Shown in pieces: positions 30,107-40,843 of a DNA stretch of 64,000 bases. The notes below the pieces were generated by a model. That model worked only from the letters and a program-made list of their open reading frames with translations. It was not told where the DNA came from and searched no databases. A program made the position numbers and the translations under genes. This DNA is from a virus, in the IMG/VR virus record IMGVR_UViG_3300022927_002861, positions 4,554 through 68,553 of that record; one strand, given 5' to 3'. Numbering within the stretch: position 1 is the stretch's first letter; the number at the start of each line of letters is the position of its first letter.

Positions 30107-31052
30107 ATATTCAGATATTTGCTTAATACCCAACTACAGTGAAATTCATAGCAGGGTTGACTGTGATCCTTCTATCAAATTATTTGGTAAAAAGTTTCTA
30201 TTACCGATTATCCCTGCTAATATGAAATCTGTAATAGATATGGATACATGCGAGTGGATGAGTTCACATGGGTTCTTTTATATTATGCATCGCTTTGATC
30301 GTGATTTAGCTGAAGACATTGCTAATGCTCAAGATTGGGATAACATTTCATTTAGTGTCGGGGTTAAGATGCAAGATAAGATTGCTATTCAAAAAATCAG
30401 TAAGAGTTTACACAGGGTAGATTACTTAACTATTGATATTGCTCACGGTTATTGTAAAAGAATGAAGGTCATGATTGAATGGATTAAAAAAAATCTTCCA
30501 GATACAAAAATTATTGCTGGTAATGTGGCTACTTCCGATGCGGTAAGGCAATTGTCTAATTGGGGGGCTGACATTGTAAAAGTTGGCATTGGCCAAGGTT
30601 CCCCATGCACCACGAAAGATAAGACTGGATTCACTATGCCTATGTTTAGCTGTGTTAAGTTATGCTCAAATGTAGTTCTTGACAATGGAAATATTGTACC
30701 AATAATTGCTGATGGCGGCATTCGTTGTAATGGTGATATAGCTAAAGCTTTAGTTGCTGGAGCCACCATGGTAATGGCTGGTGGCTTATTTGCTGCTTGT
30801 ACGGATAGTCCTGCTTCAGTTATTAGCATTAATGGGCTTGACCATAAAGCTTATTTTGGTTCTGCTAGTGTTGAAAACAAAGGTCATAACAATAATGTAG
30901 AGGGCAAGTTAAATCAAATACCAAACAATGGAATGACTTATGGCGAAAAGTTAAACGAAATTACTCAAGACCTTCAAAGCTCAATTAGTTATGCTGGTGG
31001 GAAAACATTGTCTTGCCTAACCCCTTGTGAGGTTAAATATTACGAAGTATGA
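30093..31052 (+). CDS. guaC: GMP reductase
   Basis: 'PIIPANM', 'YIMHRF', 'TIDIAHG', 'IAGNVAT', 'KVGIGQGSPCTT', 'IIADGGI', 'DLQSSISYAGG'. Confidence 0.92.
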   Translation: MKALKYSDICLIPNYSEIHSRVDCDPSIKLFGKKFLLPIIPANMKSVIDMDTCEWMSSHGFFYIMHRFDRDLAEDIANAQDWDNISFSVGVKMQDKIAIQKISKSLHRVDYLTIDIAHGYCKRMKVMIEWIKKNLPDTKIIAGNVATSDAVRQLSNWGADIVKVGIGQGSPCTTKDKTGFTMPMFSCVKLCSNVVLDNGNIVPIIADGGIRCNGDIAKALVAGATMVMAGGLFAACTDSPASVISINGLDHKAYFGSASVENKGHNNNVEGKLNQIPNNGMTYGEKLNEITQDLQSSISYAGGKTLSCLTPCEVKYYEV

Positions 31053-31690
31053 ATAACGATTTATTAAGATTTAAAAGAAATCAAAAGTATATATTTTTTG
31101 ATTATGAAACTTGCAACTTAAATTTAAATTATTTAAATAATAAGCCTTGGCAATTGGGTTTTATAATAGCAGAAGGTAGTAAAATAATCAAAAAGCATGA
31201 ATTATATATTGGCTGGGATCAGTTAGAGGTATCCAAAGAAGCTGCAAAAATCACTAATTTCTCTATGCAAAAATATAGAAAATTAGCTAAGCCAGCTATT
31301 GATTGCTTAAATGAATTTGATAAGTATTTATATAATCCTGAATATATAGTTGTTGGTCACAATGTTTTAGGATTTGATGTATACATACATAACATTCATA
31401 GAATTTTATGTCAAAAAAAATCTGATTACTCTTATTTAAATCGATTGATAGATACTAATTGCATAGCCAGAGCAGTTAAAAACAAAATAACCCTAGCAGA
31501 AAATAATTCCCTAATTAATTTTCAATATAGGTTATATAACCATAGAACAAAAGGAGTTAAAACTAATTTAAAACAATTATGCAAAGACCATGATATAGAC
31601 TTCGATCCTTTAAAACTGCATGATGCATTGTATGATGTTGAAAAAACTTTAGAAGTATATAATAAATTAATATGGCAAATAGAGATATAA
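31049..31690 (+). CDS. DnaQ-like DEDDh 3'-5' exonuclease
   Basis: ExoI 'FFDYET', ExoII 'VGHNVLGFD', ExoIII 'LHDALYDV'. Confidence 0.88.
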   Translation: MNNDLLRFKRNQKYIFFDYETCNLNLNYLNNKPWQLGFIIAEGSKIIKKHELYIGWDQLEVSKEAAKITNFSMQKYRKLAKPAIDCLNEFDKYLYNPEYIVVGHNVLGFDVYIHNIHRILCQKKSDYSYLNRLIDTNCIARAVKNKITLAENNSLINFQYRLYNHRTKGVKTNLKQLCKDHDIDFDPLKLHDALYDVEKTLEVYNKLIWQIEI

Positions 31691-34230
31691 ATAATTTCTT
31701 AACTAATTTTTCGAGTTATAAAGGTTGTTGTCCTCCTGGGGTCAGGCTTCCCACAATAGTCATTGATGACAAACATTTAAATAATTTAAATTTAAAAAAA
31801 GATGTTTCTAATTTTGGTTTTTTAAAGTTTCTTTGCGAAAAAACTCTATTTAAAAAATCTTTAGATAAAAATCCTGCTTACACAGATAGATTAAAATACG
31901 AATTAGAAATTTTAAATGAATTAGGTTTCATAGATTATGTATTGTTGAATTGGGACATTCTTAATTTTTGCCATGAAAATGATATCCCAACTGGTCCTGG
32001 AAGAGGGTCTGCTGCGGGTTCTTTAGTCTTATTCTTAATAGGAGTTACTAAAGTAGACCCTATAAAATATGATCTATTTTTTGAAAGATTTGTTTCTAAG
32101 AGTAGGGCTAAAAAAATAAAAGAAAATGGCATCACATATTTAGATGGAGGGCTCTTGGCAGATGTTGATAACGACATAGCTTATGAACATAGACCTAAAG
32201 TAATACAATATATTGAAAACAAGTATCCAGGAAAAACCGCAAAAATACTTACTCTTAATACATTGAGTGGCAAACTTTGTGTTAGGGAATGTGGTAAAAT
32301 ATTCAGCATGTTTTCCGAAGAAAAAGTGAATTTGATTAGTGACATGATTCCAAAAGAATTTGGTCAGGTCATGAAACTTTCTTTAGCATATGATTCAAGT
32401 CTAAAGTTTAAAAAGGTTATGGATGAAAACCCAGAGTTATACAAAATTTCATTGAAGCTCGAGGGTTTGAATAAAAATACGGGAGTTCATCCTTCTGGAA
32501 TTGCTATATCTCATGATGATATAGACTCTATTTGCCCAATACAAAAAACTAATGATGGATCGGTTGTAACTGGCTATGATATGAATTGGGTTGCAGAGCT
32601 TATGGTTAAATTTGACATCCTAGGACTTCGCACTCTTTCTATTGTTTACTCTACTTGCGATCAAGTTGGGATAGACCCAATACAAATATCATTAGATTCC
32701 GAATCTATTTATTCAAATTTACAAAACTTAAATCAGCCACACGGCTTATTTCAAATAGAAGCTAATACAAATTATTCTGTATGTAAAAAAATCAAACCCA
32801 ATAACCTTGAATCTTTAAGTGCTGTTATAGCCTTGGCTAGGCCAGGAGCAATGGATTTCGTAGAAAATTATAGAAGATATATTAATACTGGCGATTTCCA
32901 AAGCATCAACCCCTTTTACGACGATGTGTTATCTTATACTGGAGGTATACCTTTATATCAAGAGCAGTTAATGAAAATGGCTGTTAAAGTAGGCTTCACA
33001 TTAGAAGAGGCTGAGTCTCTAAGAAGGATAGTTGGTAAGAAAAAAGTTGACCAAATGCCAGAGTGGAAGTCTAAAATAGAATATAAAATCAAAAATAATA
33101 ATCTAGACCCTGTTATTGGAGATATTTTATGGAAAGTTGCCGAAGACAGCGCTAATTATTCTTTTAATAAAAGTCATTCTATATCTTATGCTATATTAGC
33201 CGCATGGACATGTTATCTCAAATTTTCTCACCCTCAAGAGTTTTTCTTGAGCCTTTTGAAAATGACTTCTTTTGAACCCAATCCACAGGAAGAGATATCT
33301 AAAATAAGTCAAGAGTTATTGCATTTCGGAATAGAACTTTTGCCCCCAGATTTAGCTAAATCATCTATGGATTTTAAGATCGAAGGGTGCAATATTAGAT
33401 ATGGCTTAAATAGCATAAAAGGCATTAGTTCTAAATCTCTTGAAAACTTAAAAGACTTCATTGATTCCGACACTCCAAATAAATACGACATTTTCCTATC
33501 TGCTAAATCTTCAGGCCTTAACATTGGTGTATTATCTTCTTTGATTCAAGCTGGAGCATTATCTTCATATAAAACAAATCGCCCTAGGTTGGTTTTAGAG
33601 GCTCAAGTTTTTAATTTATTAACAGACAGGGAAAAGAGAAATTTTTGTTTTTTGGGAGGTAAACATAAACATGATATACTCAATGCTATTCATGATGCAG
33701 TTACTAATGAAATCAAAGGAGACGATGGAAAACACATAATGAAATCCTCCCGTTTTGAAACTATAAAAAAGAAGTATGCTAAATATAAATTGATATATGA
33801 ACAAAACAAAAATTATGAAAAATTTGCAAATTGGTATTTTGAGTATACTCTTTTGGGTTTTTCCTATAGTGTTAGATTGAAAGATTGCTTTAGTTCTAAT
33901 AAAAGTCTTCAAGATAGTTTGTTTCTTCAAAGCGCTGAAATAAACTCAAAGAATAAATATATAGGTATAGTTACCGACTGTTTTTCTGGAAAAAGTAAAA
34001 ATGGAAACGATTATTTTAAAATGGATATAAGTGATGAAACAGGATCTTACAGCGCTCTTTTTGTCGATGGCAGAGATAAAAACCTTTCTAAGTACAAAGA
34101 AAAATCTACATTACCAGATAAAGGAAGTATTGTTGTTATTCTTGGGACTAAATCAGAAGAGATTGTTTTCGTTGAAAATCTTTCAAAGCTTGATGAGAAA
34201 ATATATATGAAACTTTCTGATTTAAAATAA
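31672..34230 (+). CDS. dnaE: DNA polymerase III alpha catalytic part (DnaE lacking most of PHP)
   Basis: 'GPGRGSAAGSLV', 'LFFERF', 'DVDND', 'GVHPSG', 'KFDILGL', 'LYQEQLM', 'YSFNKSHS', C-terminal OB-like region. Confidence 0.95.
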   Translation: MANRDINNFLTNFSSYKGCCPPGVRLPTIVIDDKHLNNLNLKKDVSNFGFLKFLCEKTLFKKSLDKNPAYTDRLKYELEILNELGFIDYVLLNWDILNFCHENDIPTGPGRGSAAGSLVLFLIGVTKVDPIKYDLFFERFVSKSRAKKIKENGITYLDGGLLADVDNDIAYEHRPKVIQYIENKYPGKTAKILTLNTLSGKLCVRECGKIFSMFSEEKVNLISDMIPKEFGQVMKLSLAYDSSLKFKKVMDENPELYKISLKLEGLNKNTGVHPSGIAISHDDIDSICPIQKTNDGSVVTGYDMNWVAELMVKFDILGLRTLSIVYSTCDQVGIDPIQISLDSESIYSNLQNLNQPHGLFQIEANTNYSVCKKIKPNNLESLSAVIALARPGAMDFVENYRRYINTGDFQSINPFYDDVLSYTGGIPLYQEQLMKMAVKVGFTLEEAESLRRIVGKKKVDQMPEWKSKIEYKIKNNNLDPVIGDILWKVAEDSANYSFNKSHSISYAILAAWTCYLKFSHPQEFFLSLLKMTSFEPNPQEEISKISQELLHFGIELLPPDLAKSSMDFKIEGCNIRYGLNSIKGISSKSLENLKDFIDSDTPNKYDIFLSAKSSGLNIGVLSSLIQAGALSSYKTNRPRLVLEAQVFNLLTDREKRNFCFLGGKHKHDILNAIHDAVTNEIKGDDGKHIMKSSRFETIKKKYAKYKLIYEQNKNYEKFANWYFEYTLLGFSYSVRLKDCFSSNKSLQDSLFLQSAEINSKNKYIGIVTDCFSGKSKNGNDYFKMDISDETGSYSALFVDGRDKNLSKYKEKSTLPDKGSIVVILGTKSEEIVFVENLSKLDEKIYMKLSDLK

Positions 34231-36662
34231 TGAAAGGTTATAACGTAACCCCTAGGGTCAAAAAAATCATTGCATTATCAGTGGATACTGCTGATAGCCT
34301 CAATAGTGAACATGTAGATTTAGATCATTTACTATACTCTGTCTTAGATTCCGAACAAGTGATCGTATCTAGATTTTTTGAAGACTTAAATATGTCTTTA
34401 GGAGATATAAAGATATTCGTTTTTAATTCAATTAAGGGCGAGTTGTTTGATAATGAAGATATTGGCCGCCCTTCATTCTCAAAAGATTTTAAAAAAATTT
34501 TCTCAAATGCCAAATCTCTCTCAAGTTCATTAAAGCATGGCTACATAGGCATAGAACATATCTTTTATTGCTTGTTAGTTTATGAAAGATCTCCATTGCC
34601 TGATATTCTCAAAAATTTTCATGTCAATGTAGATAAGGCTAAAGAAAAATTTCAATTATTCTTCAAGACTGGAGAGTGGCTAGATTCTAAGATTTCAAAA
34701 AAATCAATTAAAAAAACTTCTCCCCAAGATGAATTACTACCAGATCAGACTTCTTCTTTCTTATCAAGTTATGCCATAAACTATAATGAACTCGCTCTTA
34801 ATAATGATTTTGATCAAGTTATATCAAAGGAAAATGAGATAATAAAAATTTCTGAAATTTTATGTAGAAGAAATAAAAGTAATGTAATATTAGTTGGAGC
34901 TCCAGGCACAGGCAAGACTAGTTTAGTTGAAGGTTTAGCACAATCCATAGTCAACGGAACTTGTACTAATTTTTTAAGCAATAAAATTATATACGAATTA
35001 GATTTGGCTAGCTTAATAGCTGGGACTAAATATCGAGGTCAATTTGAAGAAAGGTTAAAAAATTTAGTCAACGAAGTTGAAGACAATAAGAATATTATTC
35101 TTTTTATTGATGAAATTCATACTTTAGTTGGTGCTGGTAGTGCTGAAGGCAGTATGGATGCAGCCAATATACTAAAACCAGCTTTAGCAAGAAATAAAAT
35201 TAAATGCATTGGAGCTACCACGCATAAAGAATTCAGAAAACATATATCGAAAGATTCAGCGCTCGAACGAAGGTTTGAAACAATTAAGATTGAAGAGCCT
35301 AACAGAAGGGCTACTTTGGAAATTATCAATGGAGTTATTTCTCAATACGAGAAGTTTCATCATGTAAAATATCGCAAAAATGCTATTGAATTAGCTGTTG
35401 ATTTATCCATTAGATACATTAATGATAAACAGTTACCAGATAAAGCTATTGATATTATAGATCAAGCTGGAGCCAGAGTCAAAATTCATAATTTCCACAA
35501 ACCTAAAAAAGCTATAAAACTTGAAAAAGATATAGAAGATTTAATGTTATTGGAAGATGATTCCGAATGCCCTAAAGAAATAAAAAAAATTAAATTGCTT
35601 CAAGACAAAGCTATTGATAAATATAAAAAAATAATTAGTCAATGGAGTAATCAGTACTCTCAGCAATCTTTCTTTGTCACTAAAGAGGATATTTACAATG
35701 TGATTTCTTCCAGAACAGGAGTTCCAATTAATAATATTTCCGCAAATGAAAAGTTTAATTTTTTAGATTTATCTAAAAAAATTAAAAGCGAAGTCTATCT
35801 TCAAGATGATGCCATAAATGCAGTTTGCGACTGTATTTTAAGATCTAAAACAGGGTTTTCTGACTCCAATAGGCCTCTAGGCTCTTTTCTTTTTTTAGGT
35901 AAAACTGGAGTTGGGAAAACTCATCTTTCTAAATCTTTGGCTTTTAATCTTTTTGGCGGGTATGAAAATTTCATACAAATAGATATGGCTGAGTATTCTG
36001 AAAAAATGAATTTATCTAAATTAATCGGTGCATCGCCAGGATACGTAGGTTATGATGAGGGGGGTCAACTTACGGATAGAGTGAAAAACAAGCCTTATTC
36101 CGTAGTTTTATTTGATGAAATCGAAAAAGCACACCCAGATGTGGTCAATATATTACTTGGCTTACTAGAGGAAGGTAGGATTACTGATAGCTTCGGAAGG
36201 GTTTGTGATTTTTCTAATTGTTTAATCATCATGACTGGCAACATAGGAGCAAATCTCCTTTCAAAAAAAAGGAACAATGTCGGGTTTATTAATTCCACAT
36301 CAGAAGATTTAGAAAATGAAATACTCGATGAAGCTAAAAGAAAATTGAGTCCTGAATTAATAAATCGAATTGATGATGTTATCGTATTCAAAGATTTTAA
36401 AGAGTCAGACATTCATTCTATTGTGCAAAAGCATTTGTCAAAATTAATTAAAGACGTTAAATCAAAACATAATGTTATTTTAGATATTGACCCTGACGTC
36501 TCTGATGAAATATCAAAAAAAGCTTACAAAGAATCTCTTGGAGCGCGACCGATCAGAAGAATCATACAAAAAACTATTGAAAACCATGTTTCCAGACTTA
36601 TCATATCTAGTGATATTAAACAGATTAAAATCGATAAAAAATTAATTATAAATAATGAGTGA
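34230..36662 (+). CDS. clpC: ClpC/ClpA-type AAA+ unfoldase
   Basis: Tandem Clp-N repeats, 'GAPGTGKT', 'GTKYRGQFEERL', 'LFIDEIH', 'GKTGVGKT', 'PGYVGY', 'LFDEIEKAHP', ClpP-docking 'VGF' loop, 'GARP'. Confidence 0.93.
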   Translation: MKGYNVTPRVKKIIALSVDTADSLNSEHVDLDHLLYSVLDSEQVIVSRFFEDLNMSLGDIKIFVFNSIKGELFDNEDIGRPSFSKDFKKIFSNAKSLSSSLKHGYIGIEHIFYCLLVYERSPLPDILKNFHVNVDKAKEKFQLFFKTGEWLDSKISKKSIKKTSPQDELLPDQTSSFLSSYAINYNELALNNDFDQVISKENEIIKISEILCRRNKSNVILVGAPGTGKTSLVEGLAQSIVNGTCTNFLSNKIIYELDLASLIAGTKYRGQFEERLKNLVNEVEDNKNIILFIDEIHTLVGAGSAEGSMDAANILKPALARNKIKCIGATTHKEFRKHISKDSALERRFETIKIEEPNRRATLEIINGVISQYEKFHHVKYRKNAIELAVDLSIRYINDKQLPDKAIDIIDQAGARVKIHNFHKPKKAIKLEKDIEDLMLLEDDSECPKEIKKIKLLQDKAIDKYKKIISQWSNQYSQQSFFVTKEDIYNVISSRTGVPINNISANEKFNFLDLSKKIKSEVYLQDDAINAVCDCILRSKTGFSDSNRPLGSFLFLGKTGVGKTHLSKSLAFNLFGGYENFIQIDMAEYSEKMNLSKLIGASPGYVGYDEGGQLTDRVKNKPYSVVLFDEIEKAHPDVVNILLGLLEEGRITDSFGRVCDFSNCLIIMTGNIGANLLSKKRNNVGFINSTSEDLENEILDEAKRKLSPELINRIDDVIVFKDFKESDIHSIVQKHLSKLIKDVKSKHNVILDIDPDVSDEISKKAYKESLGARPIRRIIQKTIENHVSRLIISSDIKQIKIDKKLIINNE

Positions 36663-37170
36663 TACTAAAATAAATAAATGTGTTTTAACCGTGGATAAAA
36701 CAGGCAAAGTCTATGAATACTTTGAGGCTCAAGACGAAAATCCTATTCAAAAAGTTAAATTTGCTTACCCAGGCGATTTAGATAAGCTTGTCGAAACTAT
36801 TTCTAATTCAAATCTATCAATACCCGAAGGTTCTAAATTCTCTATTTCTTTCAATGAAAAAAATGAAGTTGTAGCCTTGTCGTTAGTTTCCGATGATGCT
36901 CCAGAATTTACTCAGATGCTTTTCGAAAGCAAAGAAGAGGCCGATAATGAGATATACTGTAAAGGATACAAACCTTCATATGCTATAATGCCTCCAGAAG
37001 TTAAGAATTTATTAGACAATTTCTTTGGTGGAGTTATATGTTTTTTTGATGGTTATCAAGACTTATACTCTTCTTTTATTCAAGAAATCGAAAGGGCAGA
37101 ACCTAAAAAATACCCACTTATTAAATCCTTGTATGAAGATAAGGTTTTAGAAAAAATTCTTAACAAATAA
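36655..37170 (+). CDS. Hypothetical protein
   Basis: 171-aa ORF overlapping the clpC stop. Confidence 0.6.
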   Translation: MSDTKINKCVLTVDKTGKVYEYFEAQDENPIQKVKFAYPGDLDKLVETISNSNLSIPEGSKFSISFNEKNEVVALSLVSDDAPEFTQMLFESKEEADNEIYCKGYKPSYAIMPPEVKNLLDNFFGGVICFFDGYQDLYSSFIQEIERAEPKKYPLIKSLYEDKVLEKILNK

Positions 37171-37174
37171 TATT

Positions 37175-37783
37175 ATGTCACTTCAAATATATAAACCCAA
37201 CAGTAAAAATACAGGAGCTGCATGCACCATTTCTCTAACTAATGATAATAAAAGCGGAGCTCCCGTTTGTTACCTAAGCGCTATAGCTCAATATTCTTGG
37301 GACGATTCTAAAAAAACAGGATCATTTGCGGGCAATGCAAAAAATCCAGATAAAACTATAAACATAAAGATCAACGAAATAGAGGCTGGAGATTTTATAA
37401 GCGCCTTTACGCACAGATATGATCATACAGCTTTTCATGCATATGAAGGTTCTACTACGACAATTAAAATAAGCCCATGGGATAAATCTGTAAAAGTTTC
37501 AAAATACAACTCTTCTTCAAAGAAATACGAGGATCAGCATATTTCTGTTCCAGCATTTGGGTTAACCCTATCCAAAGGCAAGGGTAATTCTATAAAGGTA
37601 GCTCTTGATCCAGGAGAAGTTGAGAATCTTAAATCGTTTTTATCTTTGTTTATTCAGGAAAATATTAAATTTAAAATAGAGTTAAATAAAAAATACGCTC
37701 AAAATACGAAAAAATCAAATTCCCGCAAACCAGATCCTGTTGAAGAGGATGATTTTGATGAATTCGCAGATGCTCCATTTTAA
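37175..37783 (+). CDS. Putative ssDNA-binding protein
   Basis: Beta-rich body with acidic tail 'EEDDFDEFADAPF' resembling the SSB DDDIPF motif. Confidence 0.45.
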   Translation: MSLQIYKPNSKNTGAACTISLTNDNKSGAPVCYLSAIAQYSWDDSKKTGSFAGNAKNPDKTINIKINEIEAGDFISAFTHRYDHTAFHAYEGSTTTIKISPWDKSVKVSKYNSSSKKYEDQHISVPAFGLTLSKGKGNSIKVALDPGEVENLKSFLSLFIQENIKFKIELNKKYAQNTKKSNSRKPDPVEEDDFDEFADAPF

Positions 37784-37788
37784 AGGCT

Positions 37789-39699
37789 ATGTCGTTAAGA
37801 AAAAAAAAGATATTATTCCATAGCAATTATTCTAAGATATTAAGTGGTTTTGGCAAAAATGCTAGAAATATACTTCGTCATTTAGCTCGTACTGAAAAAT
37901 ATGAAATTGTCGAATTGAGTAATGGTGTCGCAGGTTCTCACCCCGAATTATCTAAACTTCCCTGGAAGGCTATTGGCGGCTTACCTAGTGACCAAAGTAA
38001 ATTGCAAAAAATTAATAAAGATCCTAATTTGAGTAGGTCAGCTCAATACGGTTCAATGGTTATAGATGACGTCGTTAAGTCCGAGAAGCCAGATATTTAT
38101 ATAGGTGTCGAAGATATATGGGGAGTTGGAGATAATGTTAAAAAACCTTGGTGGAATAAAATAAACTGTATGGTTTGGACGACTTTAGATAGTCTTCCTA
38201 TTTTGCCACAGGCAATAAATTTAGCTCCTAAAATAAAAAACTATTATGTTTGGGCTTCTTTTGCTGAAAGAGCGCTCAAAGAGAAAGGCTACGATCATGT
38301 AAAGACATTGCACGGAGCTTTAGATGTTTCTAATTTTTACAAATTAGAATCTGAAGTAAAACAAGGGTTGAGATCTAAATTTGGATTGGATCAAGATTCT
38401 TTTATTATTGGCTTTGTCTTCAGAAACCAATTAAGAAAAAGTGTGCCCAACCTATTAGAGGGTTTCAAACTTTTTAAAGATGATCAGCCTAAAAGCAAAG
38501 CAAAGCTTTTGCTTCATACTAATTTTGCAGAGGGTTGGAATATAGAAGACTTAATTAAAGAAAAAAACCTAGATCCTCAAGATATTCTTTGCACATATTA
38601 CTGTCCAAAATGTAAAAATTACGAAATCAAACCTTTTTCAGGCCAGAGTTTAGATTGCAAATTTTGTGGCTCTAAAAAATCTCAAAATACTGTCAATATA
38701 TCTTCTGGTGTAAATGAGAAGCAGCTAAATGAAATATATAATTTAATGGATGTTTATTGTCATCCTTTTACATCTGGAGGTCAAGAAATACCGATTCAAG
38801 AAGCTAAGTTAACAGAGTTGATAACTTTAGTCACTAATTATTCTTGCGGAGAAGACTGCTGCAGCAATGATAGCGGAGGTTTTCCGCTTGATTGGGCTGA
38901 ATATCGAGAGCCTGGCACTCAATTTATTAAGGCTAGCACATTTCCTTCAAGTATTTTTAAAAATTTAAAAAAGATTTTTAAAATGGATCTTTTGAAAAGG
39001 GCTTCTTTAGGAAAAAAGGCTAGAGAATTTGTCATCAATAATTACTCAATTGAAGTCATTGGCAAACATCTAGAATCTATCATAGATGAAATGCCAGATA
39101 TTGATTATAATTTTGATTTTACGCCTGAAAAAAGAGATCCCAACTACATTCCTCCACAAATTGATTCTAACTCAGAATGGTTAATAGATATTTATAAAAA
39201 TATATTAAAAGTAGATTTAGATAGCAATGACCCAGGACACAAGCATTGGATGTCTCGTCTTAAAGATGGAGCTTCTAGAGAATCTATTATTAATTATTTT
39301 AGATCTGTAGCTGTCGAAGAAAACAAAAAACAAGAACCCTCGCAGGTGGATTTTGATTTAGTTATATCGAATGATGGCGATAAAAAAGCTTTATTCGTCT
39401 GTAATAGTTCTGTCGAAGATGTTTTGTTAGTTACATCTTTATTGCCTTCTTTTCATAAACAAAACCCTGGTTTCGATGTGTTTTTCGCAACTCATAAGCA
39501 GATTCATGCAATTATAGGCTCCAATCCTCATATATATAAATGTATTGACTATCAAAAAGAAATGGGCGATGAATTAATTATGATTAAATCAGCCAAAAGT
39601 CAAGGTTATTTCGATTTGTATTATAATTTCGATAAAATTAGTTCTGACGATTTTGGTCTCTTAAGCATTGAAAATAAAATTTTTAAAACATATGAATAA
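37789..39699 (+). CDS. Multidomain GT4 glycosyltransferase with Zn-ribbon insert
   Basis: 'SGFGK', 'FRNQLRKSVP', CPKC..CKFC insert, 'YNLMDVYCHPFTSGGQEIPIQEA'. Confidence 0.8.
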   Translation: MSLRKKKILFHSNYSKILSGFGKNARNILRHLARTEKYEIVELSNGVAGSHPELSKLPWKAIGGLPSDQSKLQKINKDPNLSRSAQYGSMVIDDVVKSEKPDIYIGVEDIWGVGDNVKKPWWNKINCMVWTTLDSLPILPQAINLAPKIKNYYVWASFAERALKEKGYDHVKTLHGALDVSNFYKLESEVKQGLRSKFGLDQDSFIIGFVFRNQLRKSVPNLLEGFKLFKDDQPKSKAKLLLHTNFAEGWNIEDLIKEKNLDPQDILCTYYCPKCKNYEIKPFSGQSLDCKFCGSKKSQNTVNISSGVNEKQLNEIYNLMDVYCHPFTSGGQEIPIQEAKLTELITLVTNYSCGEDCCSNDSGGFPLDWAEYREPGTQFIKASTFPSSIFKNLKKIFKMDLLKRASLGKKAREFVINNYSIEVIGKHLESIIDEMPDIDYNFDFTPEKRDPNYIPPQIDSNSEWLIDIYKNILKVDLDSNDPGHKHWMSRLKDGASRESIINYFRSVAVEENKKQEPSQVDFDLVISNDGDKKALFVCNSSVEDVLLVTSLLPSFHKQNPGFDVFFATHKQIHAIIGSNPHIYKCIDYQKEMGDELIMIKSAKSQGYFDLYYNFDKISSDDFGLLSIENKIFKTYE

Positions 39700-40843
39700 G
39701 ATAGAGAAATATTCTTTACATTCAGCATTGCAATCCGATTCGAGTCTTTCAATTCAAGATGCTTTTTACCCTATAGGTTCTAGTGATTATGTCTGCTTTA
39801 ACACTAGCCCTTCATCTGGATTACAGTACCCACATTGGAACGAATTAATTCTTTTAATAAAACCTCATTTAGATAAAAAAAATATTTCTATTTATCGGAT
39901 AGGTGATAAATCTGGTTTTTCTATTGATAATGTTTCTGATTTTACTGGCTGCACTTTCAATCAAAATGCTTTTATTATAAAAAATTCATTGTTGTATTTT
40001 AATGTTTTAGATGAACATAGTTTGATTTCTTATAATTACGATATACCTTCAGTGGTTTTTTCTCCTAATTTTGATGCATCCTTTTTTCCTTTTTCTAAAA
40101 AAGAATCTTTTTCTATTTTACTTCCTGACGATTCGAAATTTCCGTCATTAATTCGTTCTTATCAGGGGTCTCTTCCAAAATTAAATCCAGAAGTTTTTGC
40201 TGCAAAAATACTAGACTCTCTAGATATCGAGCATTCTTTAAATGATTTCTCTATGCAGTATTATGGTCAGATGGCTAATGTGCCTACTGTCGAAATTATT
40301 CCTGATTTTTCTCCGCATCCGAGTTTTCTAAAAAACTCAACAGTTAATATTAGAAACGATTTACATTTTTCAGAGGAAAATTTAATTTCGTGGAGTCAGC
40401 AACGTAAATTAGGTATAGTTACATCAAATCCTATATCTACAAATTGCTTGTACCATTTAAAGCCTAACCTGGTCAAACTTTCTATTAATGCGGACGAAGG
40501 TGTCGATGAAAATTTCCTTAAGTCAGTAAAAGCTTTTAATATTAAATATGATATTTTTTGCACGGATAAAAGTATTTTAAATCGACTTAGATTAGATTTC
40601 ATCGAAGAGACTATAGAATATTTTCCTCGCACTGAGAAAAAAGATCTTGACTTACCTGAAGATATATGTAATAATTGTCTAATTCGTTCTTCGAAAGTCT
40701 TGATATCTAAAGGTAAAAAATTCACAAGCAAAGCTCATTGGATAATGGATTCAGAGCAAGCTCATGATTTTTCTACCATTATAGATACTAAAGACTTTTG
40801 GGGGGATAGCGATTTTTTCTACATATATAAAAAGAATGACTAA
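39692..40843 (+). CDS. Degenerate GT9-like / hypothetical protein
   Basis: 'QYPHWNELI', 'IYRIG', 'QNAFIIKNSLLY' resemble the GT9 C-domain. Confidence 0.45.
   Translation: MNKIEKYSLHSALQSDSSLSIQDAFYPIGSSDYVCFNTSPSSGLQYPHWNELILLIKPHLDKKNISIYRIGDKSGFSIDNVSDFTGCTFNQNAFIIKNSLLYFNVLDEHSLISYNYDIPSVVFSPNFDASFFPFSKKESFSILLPDDSKFPSLIRSYQGSLPKLNPEVFAAKILDSLDIEHSLNDFSMQYYGQMANVPTVEIIPDFSPHPSFLKNSTVNIRNDLHFSEENLISWSQQRKLGIVTSNPISTNCLYHLKPNLVKLSINADEGVDENFLKSVKAFNIKYDIFCTDKSILNRLRLDFIEETIEYFPRTEKKDLDLPEDICNNCLIRSSKVLISKGKKFTSKAHWIMDSEQAHDFSTIIDTKDFWGDSDFFYIYKKND

Noticed and set aside
12577-34230. Inteins or introns in nrdA, nrdB, recA, dnaB or dnaE
   Set aside because: Catalytic motifs are contiguous with normal spacing; no intein termini or homing-endonuclease inserts were seen
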